Below are positions 13,532 to 24,479 of a stretch of DNA of 64,000 bases, piece by piece (position 1 is the first letter of the stretch; each line of letters starts with the position of its first letter). The stretch covers positions 121,770,001-121,834,000 of the forward strand of contig CM059432.1 of assembly GCA_030390025.1 (NCBI GenBank). Direction: 5' to 3'. The DNA is from Squalus acanthias. Taxonomy: Eukaryota. Made by a program: the position numbers and the translations under genes. Below the pieces are notes generated by a model that was not told the DNA's origin, ran no database searches, and worked only from the letters and a program-made list of their open reading frames with translations.

Positions 13532-13837
13532 TATAGTGGTTAGCACTGTTGCCTCACAGCGCCAGGGACCCGGGTTCGAATCCGGCCCCAGATGACTGTC
13601 TGTGTGGAGTTTGCACATTCTCCCCATGTCTGCGTGGGTTTCCTCCGGGTGCTCCGGTTTCCTCCCACAGTCCAAAGATGTGTGGGTTAGGTTGATTTGG
13701 CTATGATAAATTGACCCTTAGTGTTAGGGCGGATTAAATACGTGGGGTTACGGGGATAGGGTGGGATATGTGTCGGTGCAGGCTCGATGGGCCGAAATGG
13801 CCTCTATCTGCACTGTGGGGATTCTGTGATTCTGTGA
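13532..13837 (+). mobile_element. tRNA-derived V-SINE (HE1-like) with CR1-derived tail
   Basis: Partial A box, B box GGTTCGAATCC, V domain GCGTGGGTTTCCTCCGGGTGCTCCGGTTTCCTCCCACA, tail GATTCTGT repeats. Confidence 0.85.
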
Positions 13838-14448
13838 AATCATCACATGCTGACACAACACCCGACCTCCTTACCTGACTAGATCCCTGAGCAGCGGGGA
13901 AGCTGTTGGTGAACTCTAAGGGCTCGATGTTGCCAGGCCCGAGGAGGCGGGAATAGAGGCGTGTGGGGGGTTAAAATATCAAAAAATGGCGGGCGGGCCC
14001 AACCCCGCCTCCATCCCGCCTGCGAGCAATTTTCCCCAATGCGTGGTTTCTGATCCCGTCTCCGTCCCACCTCCAAGAGGCGGGATAGGCCTTTAAGGCC
14101 CTTAACAACCACTTAATTGCCTCTATAATCCCATTTTGAGAGGCCTTTCCAATGTTAACACTTTTCCCACGTGATGCACGCTCCTCTGAAACACGATGGT
14201 GAAGCCTGGTGGTAGCAGAATTGGATTGCTAACTATCAGCTGCAGCTCCAGCATTAAAAAGGAGATTTGATCAATCCTCATTTGCAGGTGGCAGAACTTT
14301 GTTGTCTCAGGTCTGGGGGAACTTTTAACAGGCATAACCATTGCTGTGGAAGTTTGGAGCCTGACACCCATCTCCAGTGTGACCTCCTGGGAATCCCCTC
14401 TCCCCACCTTGACTGAGCACTTCCTCAACTGAGGCATATACCAGAAGC

Positions 14449-15699
14449 ATGGGAACCATTTATTTCCTTTCCTCCTGGACATCAGATGAGGACGAACACC
14501 AGCCGCGGCAGCAGCAGAACCCTGAACACCAGCAGCACCAACTGCAGGAGCAACAGCAGCAGCTCCAAGCTGCTGCTCACCCACCTGAAGCTGCACAGGG
14601 CAGAAGGCGCCAGCGCATGGAAGCATGTCGGCGCAGGAGATACCCCCAAAACAGGGTCTACAGACACAGGGTCAGCTACCTCAGCATGACTGAGCAGCAG
14701 TGCCAAAGGCGGCTATGACTTTCGCGAGAGATAGTGGGTGACATCTGAGCAATGCTGCAGCAAGACCTGGAGCCCAGAGGAGCAGGTGGACACCCCTTAC
14801 CAGTGCCCGTCAAAGTCACCACCACACTCAACTTTTTTGCCTCAGGCTCATTCCAGGGATCAGCAGCAGACATCAGCGGCGTCTCCCAGGCGGCCGCACA
14901 CACTTGCATCACGCAGGTAACCGATGCCGTCTTTGCCGTCGCGCACAATCACATCCATTTCTCCAAGGATCAAGCCAGTGTAACTGCGCAGGGCAGTTGG
15001 ATTTGACAATCTGGCAGGCTTTCCAAGGGTGCAGGGCATCGTTGACTGCACACATGTGGCCCTTAAGGCACCCCATCGCAATCCAGGTATTTTTGTCAAC
15101 CGCAAGGGCTTCCACTCCCTCAACGTACAGCTGGTGTGTGACCACAAGAAGGAAATTTTACATGTTTACACCAAATACCCTGGCAGTTGTCATGACTCCT
15201 TCATCCTGCGCCAGTCTAGTGTGCCTCCGCTCTTCAGTCGCCAGACCAACTTCACGGATGCCTACTTGGAGACAAGGGCTATCCCCTGAAGACGTGGCTA
15301 ATGACGCCGTTTAGGAGCCCATCCAACGAAGCTGAGGAGCGCTACAACTACAGCCACATTTCCACCAGATCCATAATCGAGCAAACCATCGGCTTGCTGA
15401 AGATGCGCTTCTGATGCCTGGATAGATCAGGTGGAGCCCTGCAGTACTCAGCAGCCAGGGTCTCCAGAATCGTCGTGGCTTGCTGTGCACTTCACAACAT
15501 GGCACAGCGTCGTGGCTTGCAGATTCCTGAGGACCAAGTGGCTCCTCACATACCCTCCTCAGATGAGGAGGAGGAGGAGGAGGAGGGCGAAAAACGCTCA
15601 TCTTGCAGAGGCCCATCAACTAGCGGCAGCAGTACGCTAGTACATTGCTGCCTGGGATGCAAGGAACGCACACACCTTGGCCAGATTTGCTTAGCCTAG
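14449..15699 (+). pseudogene. HARBI1-like transposase with several stops and frameshifts
   Basis: [34 protein letters not shown]; stops at 14716 and ~14746; later frameshifts. Confidence 0.9.
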
Positions 15700-15951
15700 C
15701 CAATCAAGTACTTTTGCCTCGCAGCTTCTTACCAGAGCATCAACAATGGCCAAGAACCAGCGGAATCCTAGCACTCTGACCACCATACTGACAATTGCAA
15801 GTCATCCTAAGCCCTCAATGTGGAAGTCCCATTAGCGATATGACACACTCCACAACTGCAACAGTTGCCATCAGAATTTTTATTTACAGTCACCAACTGA
15901 TGGCTTTTCAACATTAAACATCACATTTCACCCAAGTGTCTACCCTTGTGA

Positions 15952-17940
15952 CTATTTGTGCAGTATCTTTCTCTTACGCGTGCTCCTACATGGTGGTTCC
16001 CCCTTGGCATCAGCAGATGTGGAGGCCCATTGCTCACTTTCTTGCTGCTCGTGTCTCGACACCTTTGGCGGGCGTCCTCTGGGGTTGCGAACCTGTGAGG
16101 GCTCGGCAACAGTCTGCTGCTCCTGCGGCTGTGCAGGGGTTGAGACAGCGATCTCAGTTGGGTGGGGACTCTGGTGGGGCTCTGACCGAAGGCTTTGCAG
16201 TGGCATGGTCGTGTGAGCGCTTGGAGAGGAGCCCCCACTTCCTTGTTCTCTGCCACTAACATCCCTCTCATGGGTGAGCCCCACTTCAGAGCTAGCAAGT
16301 GGCTTGACAGCACCTTGCAGCATTTCAGGGGGGCCATGAGGACTCGGTTCTGTACTGGAAGTCCTACTCCCGAGGACTTGCATGAAGGTCTGGTTTGTAT
16401 GCTCAATAGCTGACCATCGCTCCTCAAGAGATGTCACTCTATTCTGAACAATTACCATGTTTTCCATACACTGGCGACTGAGCTCCTCCATGGACGTAGC
16501 CATCCTCTCCTCTACCGTAGCCATCCTCTCCTCTACGGTAGCCAGTCTCACCATGGAGGTAGCCATCACTTCCATGGAGGTTGCCATCCTTTCCGTGGTG
16601 ATGCGTTCATGCGCCAACGCCTCCACAAAGGCTCTGCTCATGTTCGCGATGGACTCCTCCATTCGCTCCACACTCGCAGCGACCCTGGAGACAAAACCTG
16701 CCAGAGACTCCTGCACCTGTTCCTGGAGTTCCAGCGCCGCTGTTCTTCTGGATGGACCCAGAGGCAGAGGGTTGACATGCAGCTGAGCCGAGCTGGGAGA
16801 GTCCTGCGCCCTCTGACTAGGACTCTCCACTGCTGTCCCTGTCTCCACCATCTGCTGATGCTCACTTGTGAGCTGTGATACACCAGGTGACAACACTACT
16901 CTATCTCGCGATGGTCCCACCGAGGTGTGATTGTCTGCGCTGGTGCTGTGTTGGCTGAATTCTGCTGACGCTGCGCCCTCAGAGGTTGCAGCTTCCTCTG
17001 AGGAGTCTGGAGGCACAGGCTGGTCCTCCTGGATAGTGGGGATGGGTGCTTGCGATGGTCCTGTGGGGGAGTAAAGGAAAGAGACCCAGATGTGAGGCCA
17101 AGTTTACATGCACAGTGCATATTGCAGATGGTCAGAAGTCCATCTGTTAGAGCTTCAGAATCATTATCAGCGACTCATGCAATGTCAATGAGAGAGATAA
17201 AAACTCTTCTGTCACCAGCTTGCTCTGATGCACCCGTCTGTCCGTCCCCCACTTGCGCATCGTCCTCGACTCCCACAATCTCCAGGGTGAGGTGGGCTAC
17301 TGAGTGTGGCCCTCCTCCTGTCCTCGCTCTTTCCCTCTTATTGTGAGCTCTCTTTTCCTGAAATGAGGGAGACAAGTGGAGTTTGAGTGAGAATGAAGGA
17401 GTGAGTGTAGAGAATCCATAGCATAGATGCTTAGAAGGAGTCAAAGATGGAGTGAGGTGGCAGGACCAAGGGCCCTCCCTGTGTGTTGTAAGTTGTTTTC
17501 ATAGCATCACAGTGATAGGGAGTGTGAGGGCTGCATAGTCGAATAGTTAGGTGAATGTGAACATACAGAGAGAGGAATTGGGTAAGGGTGCAGGGTTGTC
17601 AGTGTCAAGTGGGATGTGGAGGAAGAGGTTGCTAAAGCTGAGTGCTGGTGAGGAGAGGCAATGGGGATCAGATTGAGGGTGATGGGAAAGTCATACTCAC
17701 TTTTCCAGTGCGCAGAAGGTCATGAAACCTCTTCCTGCACTGAAGCCAGGTTCTGCGGATCAGCGTCAACGAGTTGACCTCCTGTGCCACCTGGACCCAC
17801 ACAGCCTTCGTCTGCTGGGGAGGCTTTTTCCTCCCTGAAGAAGGGAAGAGCACCTCCTTATTAACTCTTGCTCCCTCCACCAAAGCTTGCAGGGCGACGT
17901 CATCAAATGTGGGAGCAGACTTAGGTCTCCTGCTGTTCAT
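15952..17940 (-). CDS. Predicted 3-exon Myb/SANT-like Harbinger accessory protein (496 aa): exons 17940-17701, 17357-17216, 17060-15952
   Basis: GT..AG boundaries (GTGAGT/TTCAG, GTGACA/CACAG) with phases 0 and 1 join three open frames into 1491 nt; Myb motif W..V...V....RTW.QCRKRF.DL. Confidence 0.75.
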
Positions 17941-18774
17941 TTTGCCTCCAGGTCCCTCTCACAGCAAAGGACAAAAGGTTGGCAGTCTGCAGAAGAAGCA
18001 AGGCTTCTTGCAGACCTTAAATGCAGCAGCAATGATGATATCATCGGAGGCGACTTTCAGACTGAAAAAACGAATTGGGCCATGGAATCCCACACGTTGG
18101 AACTCAAGTGCCCAATTCGGGGAAAATTGAATAATTCTCCCACCTCGACTTGGAGTTGGGTGGCTAACACGAAAAGCGGATTACACGGCCCCAGCCCGCC
18201 CCAATGACAAAATCAAGCCCTAAAAATCTAAAAGTAAGCATAAAATACTAGTTAATTGCCTCTTAACAATCTCTCTAATGATGTAAATTGTCTGCCCCAC
18301 CGCTTGGTGTTGGGTCTGTTCAACGATGACAGACCCGACATCTGGTAGACTATCGTGGATGCGGGTTGGCAACGGGTTCCCTACCCGACCTGCCACCAAA
18401 CACGCCTTTTTTGTTGTTGAATACTCATGAAAAAAACATTTCCTTTGTATAATTGTCAATGTTTTTCAGGCATTAGGACAGGAGTCCTGACAAACTAATC
18501 AATATTTACAGGGAGTCTCCACTTAGACAAGTTTGAAAGCCAATGATTTACACTAATCACCATGCATTTTAAATTCAGAATCTGAAATACCCACTGTTAA
18601 AACTAAAATGCAAAAGATTACATTTTCCTGGACCTCCTGGACACAGTGATTACAAGAAAGTAAGAAGGACGAAACACACATCTCTGTTCGGAAACTACCC
18701 TACTTTTTTTTAATTAATTTTAATGGATTGGTAACAAACATGCATCTCACTCGATTTCCCTATGTTCACTGCAC

Positions 18775-20421
18775 TTTAAAATTCACAATTATCGCGATTC
18801 GAAATAACGAGATAAAGCAGATTCGTTTCATCAGTTTTATTTCAACGAAATGCTGTCAGGTTCAAAAACGGACACAAGCAGCCTGTAAAATGGCCGCCGC
18901 GCCTCGTGGCAGAAGTTTCTAGACTTTTCAGTAGGCAGACAAGATGGCGTTTCAATAAACATTTCAGCAAGATCGGACAGTACTCAGCATAATGAAATAA
19001 GACAAGACGCGATCGTTTTGCATTTTGTACACCTAAGAGAGCATAAGTGCTGGAATCGGTTTTCCATGCACAAACGAGGGCTATTGTACTGGGCAATTAA
19101 GGGCCATCCAAAGACATTGATACACAAATTCCCCACGGCTCGACGATGAGAGAGCCGTTCGCGGGTACTCACAGCAAGAATTCGGAGGGCCCCAAAACCC
19201 CTCCAGGGAGACTCCTAGCCGGTTCCACAATGGGAGAAACATTAACGGGTACTTAGACAGTTACAAGTATCACCGAAACCCATTAACGACAAGAACCACC
19301 CCATACAAGAAGTTTGAGCGCCAAAACATGACAAAAGATGAACATTAAGATTGGGCGGGAGATAAAGAATTACAGTACTATAACTGTAGTAAACAAACGT
19401 CCATCTTTCTCTTGATTCGACCCCTGGCTCTCGTTTGCGGCCCACCGAGCTCTTGGTCCGCTGATCTTCCAGGAGTCAACCTCGTGGCTTGCCGCGAAGA
19501 TCTGTGAAGAGCTGGGCTGCGAAGGCCGGTAAGCGGGTACACCATCCCGAGGGTCGGTAGACGGTGTAGGGACCCGAAGGCCCGACGAGACGAAACGAGA
19601 TGAGAAGAGAAGAAGAAGAATCCATGTGCCGCCGCGGTCAGTAAACCCCGACCGCGCCCGAAAATATATAGACCATTTTTGAACTCTATAGGTTACTGCA
19701 CGAACTGACGCAGGAAGACTTTTCTTCGAATTTTATCGAACTGGTGTCGATCCAGAAAGACTCTTCTTTGAATTCTACCGGCTAACTGGTGTCGGGCACA
19801 GGAAGACTCTTCTTTGAGTTTTATCAGAGTTCCGAGGTCAACACAGATCTTCATGACAGCAGACGGTCCAGCCTGCAAGCGAGTAAACAAGTGGGGTACA
19901 GAGACCCCTGATCAACACGTGAATAGTCAGGTGCTGTGGCGAAACCATCCGAGCATCGTTTTAGATTTCTCCGAGTTATCACGAGTGGTGAGCATGGTTC
20001 TCGATCCTACAGATCTAGATTAGGACAGGTATTGATAGGGGAGGGTTTTTGTTTTAAGGATAATTATAATGTGTGCCCCTTTTTACGATGTGTCGTGCGC
20101 TCCTCGTTTCCCTAAACCTAGTTGCATAAATGTATGTAAGTTTGTACTGTCATTAATCTGTGCTCATGACATGTATTTCGTAATCATGAATAATATGCAA
20201 TAAAGATTTTCCATTTCGTACTATTCAACCGGTCTACCTGAGTTTTTCTCTGCATTTACTGCTCTCGCACCTAAGTCCAGTGTCAGAACCGTAAGGGCGA
20301 GTGGGTCAAACCACTCACAGGTGTCTAGTGCTACCAGGCTGGCTGGAGACCAGAACAGGCAACAAGGCCTAACCCCGCACTAGCACCCAGGCTAAGCACA
20401 GAGCCACGCGAACCCCTTACA
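18775..20421 (+). mobile_element. 5' LTR (~1.65 kb) of an LTR retroelement
   Basis: Collinear with 46472-48187; ends CCCCTTACA; followed by a PBS; AATAAA near 20199. Confidence 0.88.
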
Positions 20422-20425
20422 GATA

Positions 20426-22225
20426 ATGGCGACCACGAAGGGACACTGGCAGCGAGAAAGTAATGTGTTAGACCCTGGTGTGAATGGGCAAAATGTGATG
20501 GATGAGAGGATAGCCGACTATGTGTTTGGGAAGGTTAACTTAACCAAAAGGTGGATAAGTGACCTGCTGATGGATAAGCGTCCGCTAGACGCAGCCATCA
20601 AATGGACAGACAGTAAAGAGCATAAGAAGTCGGTAGAGAAAGCGGTCTGGCTGATGTGCTACAAGAAGCAAGTCCAACTTTCAGACCAGGTCATTGTGGC
20701 ACAGGCAGCTCAGATCAGGGAATTGGAAGTTGAGATGGAGGAAAAGGTCACGGGAGGACAAAAACTCATTGCATCCTTGAATGCGTTACATCAGGAACGC
20801 CAGATAGTAGCCAACCACCATGAGGCTAAAATTGATTACCTAGAGTGTCAGGTCACGGAGGCAATGTTAAATGAGGGTAGGATTAGAGAACGGTGTATCC
20901 GCCTAGCTAACCAGATAAAAGCCCAAGAAGAAAGCTTGCTGGGAGTTAGGGCGGCATATAAGATGGCCCTCGAAGATAAGCATGAGGGAGCCGACCACAG
21001 TGTTTGCCAGAAGGAGATAGGGAGCCTAAGAGAGGCCCTGAATAAGGCAAACGGCATGGTGTGCCTCATCAGCCCGTCAGCACACCAGCCACAGGTGGGT
21101 AGGGAATTCCCAAAATCCCTACCAGACAAAGCAGAGGAGGTATTTGCCACTGCGCCCTCCGCGCCACCCAGCTATTCGGCAACCTGGGTAAGGAAGGAAG
21201 TGGTGGAAATAGAAGAGGAGGTCCCCGAGGTTGGACAATCCCCAGAGGTAGTGTCGAAGCCGGGACCGTTGTGTCCGCTTACTGGTCACAAGAGGGGCCC
21301 GAACGGAGTCAATGGGGAGGACGGGGATGTCCTGAACCAGCTTGTGTTGCCTCACAGCTCACACCAGCTGAGAGCAATGATTAGACATGTACGGAAGCTG
21401 TCTGAGTCAGACGACCCTTCCGTACACTTCAGGGAGGTAGAACAGACCGCAGCAATTAATGGCTGCGACGATGAGGAAAAGACCAAAATGTTGCTGTTCT
21501 CGTTAGATAGCTCGATCCTTCAGTGTCTCTCAGACGAGAGCAAGAGGGGTAATAATACCTATGAGAAGTTAAGGGACGAGGTCCTAGAAGTGTTGGGGGC
21601 GGACGACGAAGGTCCGTTCATTAGATTGGGTCAGACAGTTGAGGTGGAGGGAGAACCCCCGAAGGTTTTCGCCGACAGGCTGTGGCCAGTATACCAGCGT
21701 AGCTGCCCAGGTGCGCCAGGGGGCGATTATCTGGACGGTGTCGGTTTAACTCATTGGCTCAGGTGTTTAGTAGCCAACAGTTTGCCAGCCGTCAGGGAGC
21801 AGGCCAAAGCGTGGTTTGATCCCACTAACCCCGCCACTACAGAGGAGTCGGTCCTAAATCGACTCACGATAGGGTATCGTAACACTAGGAGCACGGGAGC
21901 GCGTCCCCTTAAGGGAAAGGTGCATGAGGCACGGCCCGCAGCCCCGGCTCAAAAGGAGTGGCATCAGGAGGGAAACCGCGCCCCACAGGCCAGTGGTGCT
22001 TGTTACGGGTGCGGAAAGACAGGTCACTGGCGTAAAAACTGCAGGAATCCCTGGAAGGATTCCAGGGAAAAAGCTCCCGCAGTCCGAACCCAAGCGCCTG
22101 TCTCTGAGAAAGGAGCTGGTGTGCCTATCCATCCCGATGCGATAGAATCAATGTTAGGAGCCATGCGGTCTCTCATGATTTCGCACGGGAAGGTAGCAAC
22201 AGCCCCATGCAACCCGGACTTCTGA
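20426..22225 (+). CDS. gag: Gag polyprotein (599 aa, open)
   Basis: N-terminal coiled coil, PSAPPSY, MHR-like EGEPPKVFADRLW, zinc knuckle CYGCGKTGHWRKNC (22001-22042); lies directly after LTR/PBS. Confidence 0.88.
   Translation: MATTKGHWQRESNVLDPGVNGQNVMDERIADYVFGKVNLTKRWISDLLMDKRPLDAAIKWTDSKEHKKSVEKAVWLMCYKKQVQLSDQVIVAQAAQIRELEVEMEEKVTGGQKLIASLNALHQERQIVANHHEAKIDYLECQVTEAMLNEGRIRERCIRLANQIKAQEESLLGVRAAYKMALEDKHEGADHSVCQKEIGSLREALNKANGMVCLISPSAHQPQVGREFPKSLPDKAEEVFATAPSAPPSYSATWVRKEVVEIEEEVPEVGQSPEVVSKPGPLCPLTGHKRGPNGVNGEDGDVLNQLVLPHSSHQLRAMIRHVRKLSESDDPSVHFREVEQTAAINGCDDEEKTKMLLFSLDSSILQCLSDESKRGNNTYEKLRDEVLEVLGADDEGPFIRLGQTVEVEGEPPKVFADRLWPVYQRSCPGAPGGDYLDGVGLTHWLRCLVANSLPAVREQAKAWFDPTNPATTEESVLNRLTIGYRNTRSTGARPLKGKVHEARPAAPAQKEWHQEGNRAPQASGACYGCGKTGHWRKNCRNPWKDSREKAPAVRTQAPVSEKGAGVPIHPDAIESMLGAMRSLMISHGKVATAPCNPDF
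20427..20444 (+). promoter_or_regulatory. Primer binding site for tRNA-Arg(UCG)
   Basis: TGGCGACCACGAAGGGAC, 5 nt after the LTR end; complementary to the vertebrate tRNA-Arg-TCG 3' end GUCCCUUCGUGGUCGCCA (recalled sequence). Confidence 0.85.
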
Positions 22226-22790
22226 CTGGAACCGGTGCAGCCTGCCTACCTGTGTCCCCTTGAAAGACGCGCACAGGAGGGGGTCTCCTGTAAGGAGGCC
22301 AGGTTAAAAGAGCAGGCCTTACGGGAGGAGAACGCCCGTTTAATGGGGAAAGTAGACGGGCTAGAAGGGCAGCTTAGAGACATAAAAGCAGCCTACAGGG
22401 TAGCCAGGAGCAGGGAGTATGAGATTTAAAACAGAATAGAAATCTGCAGCCTCCAGCAGGTGAGATTTCACAGAATGCACAAGCAGGGGCGGTGGCCTGT
22501 CTTAGGGGAGGGGCCAGACCTGCGAGTGGGGACTCTCAGCCCCAAGCAGGACAGCAGGGCACACAGACCGGTAAAGCAGCCTGCGTGAGGGGGAGAGGAC
22601 ATTCTAGGAAAGTGTAGGATCTTTTCTTGGGGTTGGGATTCCGATGAGGGAGAGCTCGAGGAGCTCGACCAAGATAGTGACCCGATCGGAGAGGTGCTGA
22701 GATCGAAGGACGAAAGGTTCGTCCTCAACTCAAGCTTAGGGGAGATAGGGATTGCGAGTGGAGATCCACACAGGGTGGAATCAGAAACTG
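22226..22790 (+). pseudogene. In-frame continuation past the gag stop, then a second diverged gag-like fragment
   Basis: LEPVQPAYLCPL then EARLKEQALREENARL...IKAAYRVA, resembling Gag EAMLNEGRIRERCIRL...VRAAYKMA; no protease or RT motif. Confidence 0.5.
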
Positions 22791-22796
22791 CAGGTC

Positions 22797-24172
22797 GTGA
22801 ACCTTCTCTGAACTGCCTCCAATGAAAGTATATCCTTTCTTAAATAAAGAGACCAAAACTGTACACAGTACTCCAGATGTGGTCTCGCCAACGCCCCGTA
22901 CAATTGTAACAGGACTTCCCTACTTTTATCCTCCATTCCCTTTGCAATAAAGGGCAACATTCCATTTGCCTTGCTAATTACTTGCTGTACCTGCATGCTA
23001 ACTTTTTGTGATTCATGTGCAAGGACCCCCTGATCCCTCTGTACCTCTGTTTTGTAATCTCTCCCCATTTAAATAATAATTTGCTTTTTTATTTTTCCTA
23101 CCAAAGTGGATAACCGTGCATTTTCCCACATTAAACTCTATCTGCCAGATCTTTGCCCACTCACTTAGGCTATCTATATCCCTTTCGAGATTCTTTGCAT
23201 CCTCCACACAATTTGCTTTCCCACCTATCTTTGTATCATCAGCAAATTTGGCAACATTACACTCAGTCCCTTCATCCAAGTCATTAATATAGATTGTAAA
23301 TAGTTGAGGCCCCAGCACTGATCCCTGCGGCACCCCACTAGTTACAGTTTGCCAACCTGAAAATGACCCATTTATCCCAACTCTCTGTTTTCTGTTAATT
23401 AGCCAATCCTCTATCCATGCTAATATATTACCCCCAACCCCTTGAGCTCTTATCTTGTGTAGTAACCTTTTATGTGGCACCTTATCGAATGCCTTCTGGA
23501 AATCCAAATACACGGCAGCTACTGGTTCCCCTTTATCCACCCTGCTCGTTACATCCTCAAAGAACTGTCAAACATGTCAAACATGTCAAACATGATTTCC
23601 CTTTCATAAACCATGCTGACTCTGCTTGACTATATTCTGATTTTCTAAATGTACTGCTATCACTTCCTTAATGATGGACTCCAGCATTTTCCCAATGACA
23701 GATGTTAGGCTAACTGGTCGATAGTTGCCTGCTTTCTGTCTCCCTCCTTTCTTAAATAGGGGCATTACATTTGCGGTTTTCCAGTCTGCTGGGACCTCTC
23801 CAGAATCCAGGGAATTTTGGTAGATTACAACCAATGCATCCACTATCTCTGCAGCCACCTCTTTTAAGTCTCTAGGATGCAGGCCATTGGGTCCAGAGGA
23901 CTTGTCCACCTTTAGTCCCATTAGTTTGCCGAGTACTTTCTCTCTAGTGATAGTGATTGTTTTAAGTTCCCCCCACCCCAATAGCCCGTTGATTATTTAT
24001 TATTGAGATGCTTTTAGTGTCTTCTACCATGAAGACCAATACAAAATATTTGTCCAAAGTCTCCGCCATTTCTCTGTTTCACATTATTAATTCCCCAGAC
24101 CCATCCTCTAGGGGACCAACGTTTACTTTAGCTAATCTCTTCCTTTTTATATACCTGTAGAAGCTCTTACTG
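22797..24172 (-). mobile_element. CR1 ORF2 RT fragment
   Basis: DFQKAFD, GVPQGS, FADD, RPHLEYCVQFW; frameshifts. Confidence 0.9.
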
Positions 24173-24479
24173 TGATCATGTTTCTGCTGCCTATATCTTC
24201 CAAATGGGGATGAGTCCCAAGAGTAGTAGTATTTAAGCTTTTAATCAGTTTTACCATGGAGATTTACAAATCCTTTCACAATAATATTTTCAGTCTCAAT
24301 CATATTTTGCTAAACATAATTTAGCAAAACAAGCCCTATTAACGTAAGTTCATCTTGGACTGCAGGATGGAGCCAGCAGCGGGGTCGCGACCTGCCACCG
24401 ACATCGTCCACACCGGGCCTGCCCAGGTAGGCAAAATCTCGGCTCAGGTATAACTTCAAAGGGACTAATTTCAAATAAA

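Larger units (their letters stand above)
13920..18220. mobile_element. Full-length Harbinger copy 3 (4.3 kb)
   Basis: TIR GGGCTCGATGTTG / CAAAATCAAGCCC; TAA on both flanks (13917-13919, 18221-18223); two convergent genes. Confidence 0.9.
12063..18410. mobile_element. Harbinger copy 2 (same family as copy 1, deleted), interrupted by a SINE and probably by Harbinger copy 3
   Basis: 12160-12800 and 13150-13520 align by eye with 1020-1680 and 3085-3470; 18230-18410 resembles a right subterminal region. Confidence 0.6.

Noticed and set aside
13532..13612. tRNA genes (also at 30655 and 61703)
   Set aside because: These are SINE heads that run on into SINE bodies; no complete cloverleaf.
19814..20023. 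ORF inside the LTR
   Set aside because: Frame is not preserved in the second LTR copy.
20026..20046. Polypurine tract marking a shorter LTR
   Set aside because: The solo copy's termini and TSD show the unit is 1716 bp, so this purine run is internal.
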